Assembly: GCF_035594765.1 (NCBI RefSeq)
Contig: NW_026943826.1
Span: 13,991,325-14,055,324 of the forward strand
Length of the DNA: 64,000 nt
Direction: 5' to 3'
Source of the DNA: Anolis carolinensis
Lineage: Eukaryota
Below the pieces are notes generated by a model. It was given only the letters and a program-made list of their open reading frames with translations, ran no database searches and was not told the DNA's origin. Shown in pieces: positions 12,912 through 27,440 of this stretch (positions are counted from its first letter, which is position 1; each line of letters starts with the position of its first letter). A program made the position numbers and the translations under genes.

Positions 12912-13505
12912 CAGTAGTCTCACACTTATCCAACATAAACGGGCCGGCAGAACATTGGATAAGCGAATATGTTGGATAATAAGGAGAGATTAAGGAGATG
13001 ACTATTAAACATCAAATTAGGTTATGATTTTACAAATTAAGCACCAAAACATCATGTTATAAAACAAATTTTACAGAAAAGTAGTTCAATATGCAGTAAT
13101 GCTGCGTAGTAATTACTGTATTTACGAATTTAGCACCAAAATATCACGATGTATTGAAAACATTGACTACAAAAATGCGTTGGATAATCCAGAACATTGG
13201 ATAAGCGAGTGTTGGATAAGTGAGACTCTACTGTAGTTCAATACGCAGTAATGCTATGTAGTAATTACTGTATTTACGAATTTAGCACCAAAATATCACG
13301 ATGTATTGAAAACATCGACTACAAAAATGCGTTGGATAATCCAGAACATTGGATAAGCGAGTGTTGGATAAGTGAGACTCTACTGTACTGTATTTACGAA
13401 TTTAGCACCAAAATATCACGATGTATTGAAAACATTGACTACAAAAATGCATTGGATAATCCAGAACATTGGATAAGCGAATGTTGGATAAGTGAGACTC
13501 TACTG
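12912..13505 (+). mobile_element. Tc1/mariner (Tigger/pogo-like) MITE 12912-13233 plus two tandem re-duplications of its 3' half
   Basis: Family TIR CAGTAGAGTCTCACTTATCCAA (5' copy slightly degenerate here) with TA flanks. The 3' segments recur, ending at 13385 and 13505. Confidence 0.88.
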
Positions 13506-13918
13506 TATATATAAATACAAATACAAATATGAACACAGTAATTTCAGAATAGGCTCAATGCTAGACACAGGGCATTAATGCAATTAGCCAGGTATTACTG
13601 CAATTTCCCCCTCACCTGAAGCCTCCCACGTGGGCTGGACTACCACTCCCATCATCCTGGGGCCGGCTAGAGAGGATGGAGGTTACATTCCGCCTATTAA
13701 AACAATAGGGAAAGGGCTGATTTGGAAAGACGCCCTTGTTTTCTGGGCGAGCAGGAGGGCCCTGCTGTTTCCTGCCCACCACTGCCCCCAAGTGGACAAA
13801 AGAAAGGGAAAAATTCACGGAAGAAAAGGCGAGTGACATAGATGTGGGCGAAACGTCAGGAGAGAATGCTGCTGCTGCTTCGGGCACATGGCCATACAGC
13901 CCAGAAAAATGTACAACC

Positions 13919-13959
<41 letters not shown>

Positions 13960-14095
13960 ATCTATATACAATCTTTATCTATAATTCCATGTACAGAGTA
14001 CATGGGAAATTTGCATATGCATAATGAGCTGCTCAAAATTCATGCATGATCTTGATTATATTATTATTATGATATTGTTACTATTATTACTACTA

Positions 14096-14403
14096 CAGTA
14101 GAGTCTCACTTATCCAACATAAACGGGCTGGCAGAACGCTGGATAAGCGAATATGTTGGATAATAAGGAGGGATTAAGAAAAAGGCTATTAAACATCAAA
14201 TTAGGTTATGATTTTACAAATGAAGCACCAAAACATCATGTTATACAACAAATTTGACAGAAAAAGTAGTTCAATACGCAGTAATGCTATGTAGTAATTA
14301 CTGTATTTACGAATTTAGCACCAAAATAACATGATATATTGAAAACATTGACTACAAAAATGCGTTGGATAATCCAGAATGTTGGATAAGCGAGACTCTA
14401 CTG
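14096..14403 (+). mobile_element. Tc1/mariner MITE
   Basis: Same TIRs and TA TSD. Confidence 0.88.
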
Positions 14404-14919
14404 TACTTATTTACTACTATTTAGTTGCTTGTGATTTTCTTCTTCTTTTTTTAATTTCCATTATTTGAAATGTATTTGCTGTACAATGCTTTTGACACGA
14501 AATAAATAAAAATAAATTACTACTACTGTAGCTGGTAAACTGGTATTGAACTGCAACGTCACACTATGCCCTTGTACCACTTTAGCTGCCATGGCAACGC
14601 TTTATGGAATCCCTGGGAGTTTTAGTTTTGGAGGGGACTGTAAACTCCCTTCTCTACCTTCCACGTCCTAGAGTGTTGCCATGGCAGCTGAAGCGGAATA
14701 TATACGGATCAACCGTTTGCATTTCTCCACCCTGTACTATGTTCTGCCCGCTACAAAAATGGTCGCCCTGCTTTCAAGTGGGTTCTGGAAATCCCTTAAC
14801 GATTCCCGAAGAGACGGAAAGGGGAAAAAAGGAAATGTTAGTCACTGCTAGTTTTAAATCGTGGCAGAAACTCGAAGGGAGACTGAAACGTGCCTGTCGA
14901 AAAGCAGGGTTTGGCCTCT

Positions 14920-15122
14920 TGGGAGGCGTTGCCCTCAACAAAGATGGCGGCGCCGTTTTCTAAAAGAGACTGACGTGATTCAGGCACTACGTCAGAAAGA
15001 GGCGGGCTTTCCGACGCGTCGGGCTCTTCCGATTGGGCGCTGGCTTCCAAATGTATTCAGGGCGGAAGTGGGCTGCCTGGGACGCCGGAAGTGGGTGATG
15101 CAGCCTGGAGGACTGGACCTCT
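14920..15122 (+). promoter_or_regulatory. CpG-rich TATA-less promoter/5'UTR of C1orf174
   Basis: YY1 motif AAGATGGCGGC 14941-14951, CRE-like TGACGTGA 14971-14978, inverted CCAAT about 15032 and two ETS/GABPA CGGAAGTG (about 15063 and 15085), immediately upstream of ATG 15123. Confidence 0.7.
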
Positions 15123-18043
<2,921 letters not shown>

Positions 18044-18547
18044 GGACAATGAGGACATCCTTCCTGCTCCACCAAGCCTATCTCTCATCATGGAGGCATC
18101 TTCTCCAAGGGATCTTCTTCCTTGGAAGGGTCTTGACCCAAGAGACAGCGCCAATTGGGAGGAAAGAGATCCCATTTGTAGGCCAACGAGAAAGGAAATC
18201 TTGATGAGAGACGAGGGAGTGGGGTTTCTCTCTAAGTTTGGGGGTCTGTCCAGTCCAGGAAAGCCCTTGATGCCAAATTAAATGGCTGAACCCTCTTTAT
18301 TACCTTGTGCATAGAGAAAAGACTCGCCAGTTTTCCCGATGGACGGGAGAGGTTTCCCAAAGGAAAGTGCTCAAATCTGCAAGGAAAAGGCTAAAGACAC
18401 CTGACCTTAAGTGCCAGAAACAAGGCACGTCATTTGTTGGTGCTTTTGGCTCTTACCGACCAATAATTGCAAATGTTTTGGTATTTTGAGCTGCTGAGAT
18501 GTTTCCATCCCCATTTCAGTTGAAGAAAGGACATCCTAAATACAGTA

Positions 18548-19054
18548 TCTATATATATAAGAGTGTGATGGAATCCTGGCGACCGCCAAAACAACAAAAC
18601 TAAACACCCCACAACCTTGAAAATTGACAACACAATCCATCATCCATGCCTCTAGGTTGATACAACAAAAAGGAAAGAAAAATAAAGTCCTAATTAGAGG
18701 GAGAGGAATAATTGTTTTTATCCAATTGCTACCAGTTAGAAGGCTAAGCTCCGCCCACTTGGTCTCCTAGCAACCCACTCACCTAGGGGACAGGCAGAGT
18801 TAGGCCTCACTTCGGCCTCTTCCCCACTGCCTATAAAATACAGATTATCAGATTTTAACTGGATTAGATGGCAGTGTAGACTCAAGGCCCTTCCACACAG
18901 CTATATAACCCATATAATCTTATATTATCTGCTTTAACTGGATTATCTGGACTCCACACCTTTACCCTTTACCTTAACTACTACCAATTCCTCAATACTT
19001 TATTTCCTATGCCACCATACTTCGCCACAGCAACGCGTGGCCGGGCACAGCTAG
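18548..19054 (+). mobile_element. Non-autonomous Helitron, copy 5, between the convergent C1orf174 and DFFB 3' ends
   Basis: A|TC...hairpin..CTAG|T. Confidence 0.9.
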
Positions 19055-19507
19055 TTCCTAATAATAAACCGATTCAGTCAATCCAATATGAGAAACAGCT
19101 TGGTTCAGTCGCCGAAGGCTTTCATGGCCGGAATCACAGGGTTATTGTGTTTTTTGGGCTGTATGGCCATGTTCCAGAAGTATTCTCTCCTGAGGTTTTG
19201 CCCACATCTATGGCAGGCAACCTCAAAGGTTGTGAGGTATATAGGTTTCTGCTTCCTTGTCTGATCAAATTATTCCAACCCCTTATTGCAAGCCTGGATA
19301 GCAAATGTCCAGTGTTCAAAATTTCCATTTCATATCCCAAAACTATTTTTACCTTTCCTTTCAAACAACAGGTACACCCGCCCCAACAAATCTTTTTGAA
19401 AAGAGTTTTCTTTCTTTTTAAAAAAAGTGATACAAAACTCCTTTAATTCCCGAGAAATGATCACGTGTCAAAACAATGATTTCTGTATCTATTACACAAC
19501 GGATCCT

Positions 19508-22341
19508 TTAAATTTGCGGCGTCTTAGCTGCCGGCGAGGGCCGTTTCTGAACCCTGCAGAAAGGCTTGCTTTTCCTGAAGATCTTCCTTTTGTCGCAGCT
19601 GAGATTGTGGTTCGTTTTCTTGTGGCAGGCGATGTGGACGAGTTTCAGGTTGCTGACGGTGAACAGCAGCCGGTAGAAGTACTCCCAGTCCACGTCCCTC
19701 CGGTCCGCGAGGGCTTCCGCCAAAGTCGGGAGGATCGTTCGCTTCTTCTCGATCCTGAAATGCAAACGAGAGAAGACGTGGTTCCACGCCACACAACATG
19801 GCCCCGTCCCTATAGGATATCCAGAATGGACACCACACCCAAAGCCATCGGACATCGTCGCCTTGGTACCTACACGTGGTCAAGGTTCCAGGTGCTGAAA
19901 AGGATCCGACTTTCTTTGTTGCCGTAAGGGTTGATGGAGTGCCGGCAAGGACAGTCTTTGGTGTCGAAAGGCCCCTGCGGAGAGAGAGTAAGGTTGCAAA
20001 GGAGCCGAGAAATCACAAAAGAAGGTTTGTATGGGGTGTTGTGTGTGGTTTCCGGGCTGTACGGCCATTGTTTTCTAGCCGCACTTAGTGAGGGCATCTG
20101 CTTGGAAGTAGCCCAGCCTTTGTTCCCTTTGAATTGTTTGCTGCCTTGGAGACATCCTGAGCCTGGGTGGTGTTCATTAATGTTATGATTCTGGTGTCTC
20201 TTACCTGGCAAGAAAACCAGCCTTCCGGCGTGCAAAGGCAGGCCTTTTTTTCCGCTCGCCGGTCAAAATAAAAGCCATTGTACCTCTCGGATTTCAGCTT
20301 CTCCAGCATGGCTTTTGCAATCTGTCGGAATTTGGCATGGACAGACGGAGGGAGGGAGGAAGCATAAGCTCCGACCTGATAGGAACGTAAAACCAAAACC
20401 GACAGACCGCAGGTTATTTCCGGATTTGAACATTTCCCGCTCCTGACAGGCCCAACGATGACAATTTGTAAGGAACTAAAACTAAAAATAATCAGGTAGC
20501 GGACTTCACCCAGCAATGGACAACGTAACAGAATGTCAGTCTCTCAAAAGGTTTACCTCTTTCATGTAACTTCGGATCCTGCTCTCGCAACTGTAGCGCA
20601 TGTAGCCGGACTTTGTCTTGAAGCGAGATTCAACGCCTAGAAGAGACGGAGGGACAAGTATCAGCGCCTCCGACACCAGCAGTCGTCCCTTCGCTCTAAA
20701 ACAGAGCCTCCCGTTGACATACATTCCCGAGAATAAATCAAGAAATGTAAGGAGCTCGCCTTGGAACCATTTCTCGTCATCTTCCCGGCTTTCCGCTTCG
20801 ATGTTTTGGCTGAGATTGTGAATCAGGTCCGCCAGGAGTTTCCGCCTCTTGGGGGCTTCTTCGCCGGAGAGCAGCCCTTGCGCCGCGCGGACAATGCCGT
20901 CGGTCTGGCTGGAAAAGGCGTCAAGAAAGCGCTGGATCTCGCTCACGTCTGGTGCAAGAAAAGCCCAAAAAAGATCAATGGTGTGAGGAATTAAGGGGTT
21001 GTTGTGTCCGTCGTTGTTTTATTCAAGCACAGTACGGTTTTCAGGTGGAGCCTCTGTTCTTTCCCTCGAGAATGGGGAAGCATAAATAGACTTGGGTCCC
21101 ATCTCCGAGATATGACACCCAACACACTTTCTGACACCCAACACACTCTCCAGCCTGCGCTTCTTTCTCATGTTCAGGCGTACTTACAGCCCTGCCAGTC
21201 TTCTCCCGGAGCTAACAAGATCAGCTCGGAGTTATCCGGAATCTTTCGGAAATAGGTTTCCGTCACCTCCGTCCCGTCTTCGTACAAACACAGCCGGGCC
21301 TTGGAGGAAGGAAGCTACGGGAGAAGCCAACCAAAGCCCTGTTTTTACTGTTTCTTTGATTTGCGTTGTAGTGTATATTGTATATTATTACTTATTGTAT
21401 TGTTTAATTGCTCTATGTTATGTTGTATTTATACTTGTTATATTGTTTTGTTCTGGGCATGGCCCCATGTAAGCCGCCCCGAGTCCCCGTTGGAGAGATG
21501 GTGGCGGGGTATAAATAAAGTTTTTTTTATTATTATTAGTATTAGTATGAGACACAACCAGTTTCAAGGAAGCATCAGGAGGACTTGGGATGAGCCTACA
21601 AACACCGTCGGACACAACACTAACTGCCGTGGCTTGATGCTAGGGGAGCCTGGGAGTCGCAGTTTCTGAAGGCCTCAATAATAATAACAACAACTTTATT
21701 TTTGTACCCCGCCTCCATCTCCCCAAAGGGACTCGGGGTGGCTTACGCAGGGCCAAGCCTGAACAACACAGTCTAAAACGTAATACATTAAAAATGTGTA
21801 ACAATATAAGATAAAATCAAACCACAACATTATAACAATATATAAAAGGCACCAAGCCAACAACCAATATCAATTTCACTTATTTCCTTAAGTTTGAACA
21901 TGGTGTAGTGAAAATGGCATCCTATGTTTTAAAACTGCAAACCATCCAAGAATATTATATTATAATATATTATTATATAATATCGTATATATTAAATACA
22001 ATAGAGTCTCACATATCCAACGTAAACGGGCCGGCAGAACGTTGGATAAGCGAATATGTTGGATAATAAGGAGGCATTATGGAAAAGCCCATTAAACATC
22101 AAATTAGGTTATGATTTTACAAATTAAGCACCGAAACATCATGTTATACAACAAATTTGACAGAAAAAGTAGTTCAATACGCAGTAATGCTATGTAGTAA
22201 TTACTGTATTTATGAATTTAGCACCAAAATATCACAATGTATTGAAAACATTGGCTACAAAAATGGCTTGGATAATCCAGAACGTTGGATAAGCAAGTGT
22301 TGGATAAGTGAGACTCTACTGTATAATAATAATATTATATA

Positions 22342-22394
<53 letters not shown>

Positions 22395-22802
22395 GGATGC
22401 CAGTCCTCCTGCCTCTCCAACTGCGACCCAACCAAGTGATTCTGGCCATGAAACCCTTGGACAACATATTGGTTTGAATTGGTTCGCCAGCTGACTCAAG
22501 GCAGAGAACAATCCCTGTGAGGAGCGGCTTAAAGAACTCCGATTCTAATGCTGCTGCAGGCGATGCTTCTGAGCGCTGGTTCCTAGCTCACCCCACCCAC
22601 TCCTCGTGGCCCTCGACCACCCTCCCCTCCCTGGCCCAGGGATAGTGGGAGGCGGTCTCTTCGCCCCGGCCGCTTCCTGCTCAGCCCACCGCACCTGGAG
22701 GAGGGCACAGGCCTTGGGAAGCAGCTCCGCCAAGGACTTGGCTGCCACCCCGAATTTCCGCCCCTCTCCCGGGCGGCGGACCTTGACCGCCTTGGTCACC
22801 AT
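19508..22802 (-). CDS. DFFB: DNA fragmentation factor subunit beta (caspase-activated DNase, CAD/DFF40), 7 exons: 22802-22695, 21314-21188, 20948-20760, 20636-20557, 20375-20205, 19974-19874, 19754-19508 (340 aa)
   Basis: CIDE-N domain (RKFGVAAKS..RLCLYEDGTEV) followed by the nuclease region KSGYMRYSCESRIRSY, CTPEGWFSCQGPFD, HSINPYGNKESRILFSTWNLDH and LKLVHIACHKK. Exon lengths 108/127/189/80/171/101/247 join in frame. Intron 3 uses a GC donor. Confidence 0.97.
21999..22321 (+). mobile_element. Tc1/mariner MITE in DFFB intron 1
   Basis: Family TIRs and TA flanks. Confidence 0.88.
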
Positions 22803-23350
22803 TTCCGCCGAAAGCCGGCCTCGAACCCGCCACCTCCTGATCCTGTCTCTCTACCGCGGGCGCTGATGGGCCAGCAGGGCGCTCACTCAAAAAGCCGGCA
22901 CCGCCTCTTCTTTCCTTCTTAAAGGCACAGCGGCACATTTCCGCCATTCGCCTTTTTATTCGCTGCGCATGCGCTCAACGCCGTCCTCTGACCCTGGCTT
23001 GACAGACGAACACGCCCTCCGGTGACGTCACCCCCCCCACGGAAGAGCCGCGGCCCCTCATTGGTTGGCGGGACGTCCCCGCCCAGTGCCGTCACGGCTC
23101 TTTGTCCTCGCTCGCGGCCTCTCTGGCGCCGTTTGGCCTTCCTGCCTGGCGGCGCCTGCGCAGTCGCGTCCAAAGTGGTTGCTAGGAGATTAAAGTGGCC
23201 CTAGTGATGGAGCCGGAATAAAGTAGGTAGGAAGCCGAGACGGAAGGAGAGGGAGGGAGGGAGGGAAGGGGCGAGGCGAGGCGGGCGAGGAGGCCCCGCC
23301 ATGGCACCGTGAACGCTCGCCCGGGGGACTCCCTGCCACAAGGTCTGGCC
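22803..23350. promoter_or_regulatory. Bidirectional CpG-island promoter shared by DFFB (-) and CEP104 (+), including the probable non-coding CEP104 exon 1
   Basis: NRF1 TGCGCATGCGC 22964-22974, palindromic CRE TGACGTCA 23023-23030, ETS CGGAAG, ATTGG 23060-23064, E2F-like TTGGCGGGA 23065-23073, a GC box, a second NRF1-like GCGCCTGCGCA about 23152 and an RFX X-box-like GTTGCTAGGAGAT 23178-23190. The genes are head-to-head. Confidence 0.8.
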
Positions 23351-23582
23351 CACGGCCTCCGAGGCCTCGACTGTTACCTTAGGATTATGATTCTTGTTAT
23401 TAGATTAAGAGACATCTGTCTGTCAAGGTGGCTTCAAGAAGGGGTTGGTGGTCTTGCATCACAAGTGGTGTCATTGTTACCATTTACAGAGCACAATCCC
23501 ATGTGTGTATATGTGTATATAGTATATGTGGGTGGGTATACGCAATTCATTTGGATGTATATATCTCATATATATAGAAATA

Positions 23583-23628
<46 letters not shown>

Positions 23629-23939
23629 CCTTGCCTCTTATGACATCAGTTTGAGGCCCCTTCCAGTAACATATATTGCAAAATATATATTGCACAAGAT
23701 TTCCTTAGCCTAAAATGATACATTCTGGTTTTATACATATTTGTATATTTATACATATTTGTATACATACATTTATACATATTTGTTTTATACATATTAT
23801 ACATATTGGTTTTATGGTTCCCGTCCCCTTGATCTGGTCATGTAAGTGTGATTTATTGTTATAATTGTATTGTTTTACTTTGTTTAATAATGTGTATTAT
23901 GTTGTTATGTAATGTTTGTGTTTGCTTTTATGACTGTAA

Positions 23940-24430
23940 CACCATATTCGCATTATATATTACTTAAATTAGTAATATTATATATAATATAAGTATATAA
24001 TTAATATTATATTGTATTATTATTAGTATTATATATTGTATTACATTGTAATATTATATTAGCATAACATGTTAATAATAATAATAAAACTTTATTTATA
24101 TAGGCCCCATGTAAGGCCCCATGTAAGCCGCCCTGAGTCCCATCCGGGAGATAGGCCGGTATGTAATAATAATAATAATAATAATATAATAATAATTTTA
24201 TTTTTATACCCCGCCCCATCTCCCCGATGGGACTCAGGGCGGCTTACATGGGGCCTTACATGGGGCCTATATAAATAAAGTTTTATTATTATTATTAACA
24301 TGTTATGCTAATATAATATTACAATGTAATACAATATATAATACTAATAATAATACAATATAATATTAATTATATATTTATATTATATATAATATTACTA
24401 ATATAAGTAATATATAATGCGAATATGGTG
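23940..24430. repeat. AT-rich long inverted repeat (arms about 220 bp, spacer about 45 bp)
   Basis: 23940-about 24162 is the near-perfect reverse complement of about 24206-24430. The same pseudo-ORF (MLIIIIKLYLYRPHVRPHVSRPESH) appears on both strands. Confidence 0.92.
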
Positions 24431-24540
24431 CTATGCTCATAATATTAATATATTGTATGGAAATATAATTTGTAAGTTGCTCTTAGTCCCCTTCGGGGTA
24501 AGAAGGGCGGGATATAAATATAGTAAATAAATTATATATA

Positions 24541-24863
24541 CAGTAGAGTCTCACTTATCCAAGCTAAACGGGCCGGAAGAAGCTTGGATAAGCGAATATC
24601 TTGGATAACAAGGAGAGATTAAGGAGAAGACTATTAAAGCTCAAATTAGGTTATGATTTTACAAATTAAGCATCAAAATATCATGTTATACCACAAAATT
24701 GACAGAAAAAGTAGTTCAATAGGCAGTAATGCTACGTAGTAATTACTGTATTTATGAATGTAGCACCAAAATATCACGATGTATTGAAAACATTGACTAC
24801 AAAAATGCGTTGGATAATCCAGAACGTTGGATAAGTGAATGTTGGATAAGTGAGACTCTACTG
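24541..24863 (+). mobile_element. Tc1/mariner MITE
   Basis: Family TIRs and TA flanks. Confidence 0.88.
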
Positions 24864-25248
24864 TATATTTATATAATAGATATATATCTCATATCTTGTC
24901 TCCTATGCCATCAGTTGGAGGCCCCTTCCTCCCGTAACATGTTATGCTAATATAATATTATAATATTATAATGTAATACAATATAATACTAATAAATAAT
25001 ACAATATAATATTAATTCTTATAATAATTATTATTCAGATGTCTGGAAGAGGGCTAACATTGTTCATATGATTTCTCTCATCAATTAGAGAGTAGATTCT
25101 GAGCAAGGTGATGAGTGAAAGAGTAATAGTAAAAGCAATAAAAAGGTGGTGGTCTAATTCATATATATATATATATATATATATAATTATATATTTATAT
25201 TATATATAATATTACTAATATAAGTAATATATAATGTGAATATTGTGC

Positions 25249-25282
<34 letters not shown>

Positions 25283-26140
25283 CTTTATTTATATCCCGCC
25301 ACCATCTCCCCACGGGGACTCGGGGCGGCTTACATGGGGCAGTGGCCCAAACAACATAAGAACATAAGAACATGCTATGCTCATATTATTAATATATTGT
25401 ATGGAAATATAATTTGTAAGTTGCTCTAAGTCCCCTTCAGGGTAAGAAGGGTGGGATATAAATATAGTAAATAAATTATATAATTATTATTATTATTATT
25501 ATTTTATTTTTATACCTCACCACCATCTCCCCAGAGGGACTCAGGGCAGCTCACAGATATAAAAACAGCATACAAAGTATCAAATACAAAAAACACACAA
25601 ATAAAATTAAAAGGCATATCATATACATCTCATACATATATATCCTATATAGATGGTGGACTTTGAGAACATGAATGATTTGCTTATCTTGCGCCATTAC
25701 TGTATGTGGGACTTTACCAGTAAAACACCCACGATAGGTCCCTTCATCAGGCTTACAATCTCATTAAGACAAAGGACAAGGGGAGGGGATTAAACCCGCA
25801 GGGAGGCCTTCCAGGGCTGCTCGGACTGTTTCCCATCAGCCTTGAGGCAGAGGAACAAGGAGAGCCTCAGGCCCCATCCACTGTCATATAATCCGATTCC
25901 TGAATCCAGATGGTCTGCTTTGAACTGGATTATATATAGCAGTGTAGATCCACCCTCATTCTCAACAACAACCACCTACATCAGGATTGCTCAGCCAGCA
26001 CTCCATCAGAAATAATAATAATAATTATTGTTGTTGTTGTTGTTGTTGTTGTTTCAAAGGTCCCTCCCTCTGGTGTAAAAGCGTTGAGCAAGGGTAGAGG
26101 ATCATACAACCTAAATACAGACAAATAAAAAAAACAAATA

Positions 26141-26448
26141 CAGTAGAGTCTCACTTATCCAAGCCTCTGGATTATCCAAGCCCTTTTTGTAGTCAATGTT
26201 TTCAATATATCATGATATTTTGGAGCTAAATTCATAAATACAGTAATTACAACATAACATTACTGCATATTGAAATACTTTTTTGTCAAATTTGTTGTAT
26301 AACATGATGTTTCGGTGTTTGATTTGTAAAATCATAACCTAATTTGATATTTAATAGGCTTTTCCTTAATATCTCTTATTATCCAAGATATTAGCTTATC
26401 CAAGCTTCTGCCAGCCCATTTAGCTTGGATAAGAGTGAGACTCTACTA
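26141..26448 (-). mobile_element. Tc1/mariner MITE
   Basis: Family TIRs, reverse orientation. Confidence 0.85.
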
Positions 26449-26796
26449 TAGTTCAAAATGTCTCCTTGATGGAGGACACTGCTCAGGGAATACAATATGA
26501 TACTATTATTATTACTACTACTACTGCTTTTAGGATGTTTTTAAGATGTTTTTAAGATGTTTTTTAAATTGTTGATTTTAGCCAGTTCTTGTAAGCCGCT
26601 CCGAGCCCTAGGGGAGTGGCGGCATATAAGTTTGAAAAATAAATAAATAAATAAATAAATAATATATATCTTTTACCTCCTGATTGAGAAGAAAACCAGC
26701 TCAGTGTTAAAAACGGTACGCTCTACAACCCACAGCATACATATTAAAATAGAATTACACATGCCAGTTGAAATCCCTTAAGATGCTTACTTAGAC

Positions 26797-26957
26797 TCAT
26801 AGAGTTGGAAGAGACCCCAAGGGCCATCAACTCCAACCCCCTTTATTCTGCCATGCCGGAAAAACACAAAGCATCTCCGACTGATGGCCATCCGGCCTCT
26901 GTTTAAAAGCCTCCAGGGAAGGAGCTTCCACGTGACTCCGAGGCAGAGAGTTCAACT
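26797..26957 (-). mobile_element. CR1 LINE 3' end
   Basis: Minus strand encodes NSLP..VEAPSLEAFKQR.DGH, followed by the CR1 tail GGTCTCTTCCAACTCTATGA. Confidence 0.75.
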
Positions 26958-27440
26958 TAAGGCCCTGAAAAACTTTTACAATAATTGGATAGTCACCCCG
27001 AGTCCTTCGGGAGATGGAGCGGGGTATAAATAAAGTTCTATTATTTATTATTATAATTATTATACTCTGCTTCACCCAGCGGCTCACTCTTGAGAACCGA
27101 CTTCTTTAAAAACCTTTACATTTGTGCCATTTTAATAATATTTGTGGTGAATATGTTATTTCGTTGGGCTTTCCTGGAAACATTAGGGTGCCCCAGGCCA
27201 AAAAGCAGGCACAGTTGTGGGACTGCACTTCCCATTGGTGATGCAGTTGGGCCTTGCAGTCTCACAACACTAGAAAGCCACACCAATCCCCAACGTTTGC
27301 CTAGATCAGCCCGTCACCTGACCCAGCGCAGTTACTCTTAGGCTTTTAAAATGGTTGATACATATTAGATTAATGGTGCATCGTGCAGAAAGAACACCGA
27401 GTTGTCTTTGCTTTCCTTCCAGTTTGCTCAAGAGGGCAGG

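Noticed and set aside
13251-13514. Recurrent small ORF family MLCSNYCIYEFSTKISRCIENIDYKNALDNPE..
   Set aside because: Translation of the non-coding MITE present about 12 times, with no transposase motifs.
14586-14687. Two X-box-like palindromes (GCTGCCATGGCAAC / GTTGCCATGGCAGC) upstream of C1orf174
   Set aside because: They are the inverted arms of a degenerate MITE seen elsewhere in the window (for example about 4815 and 43990), so they are not separately supportable as regulatory sites.
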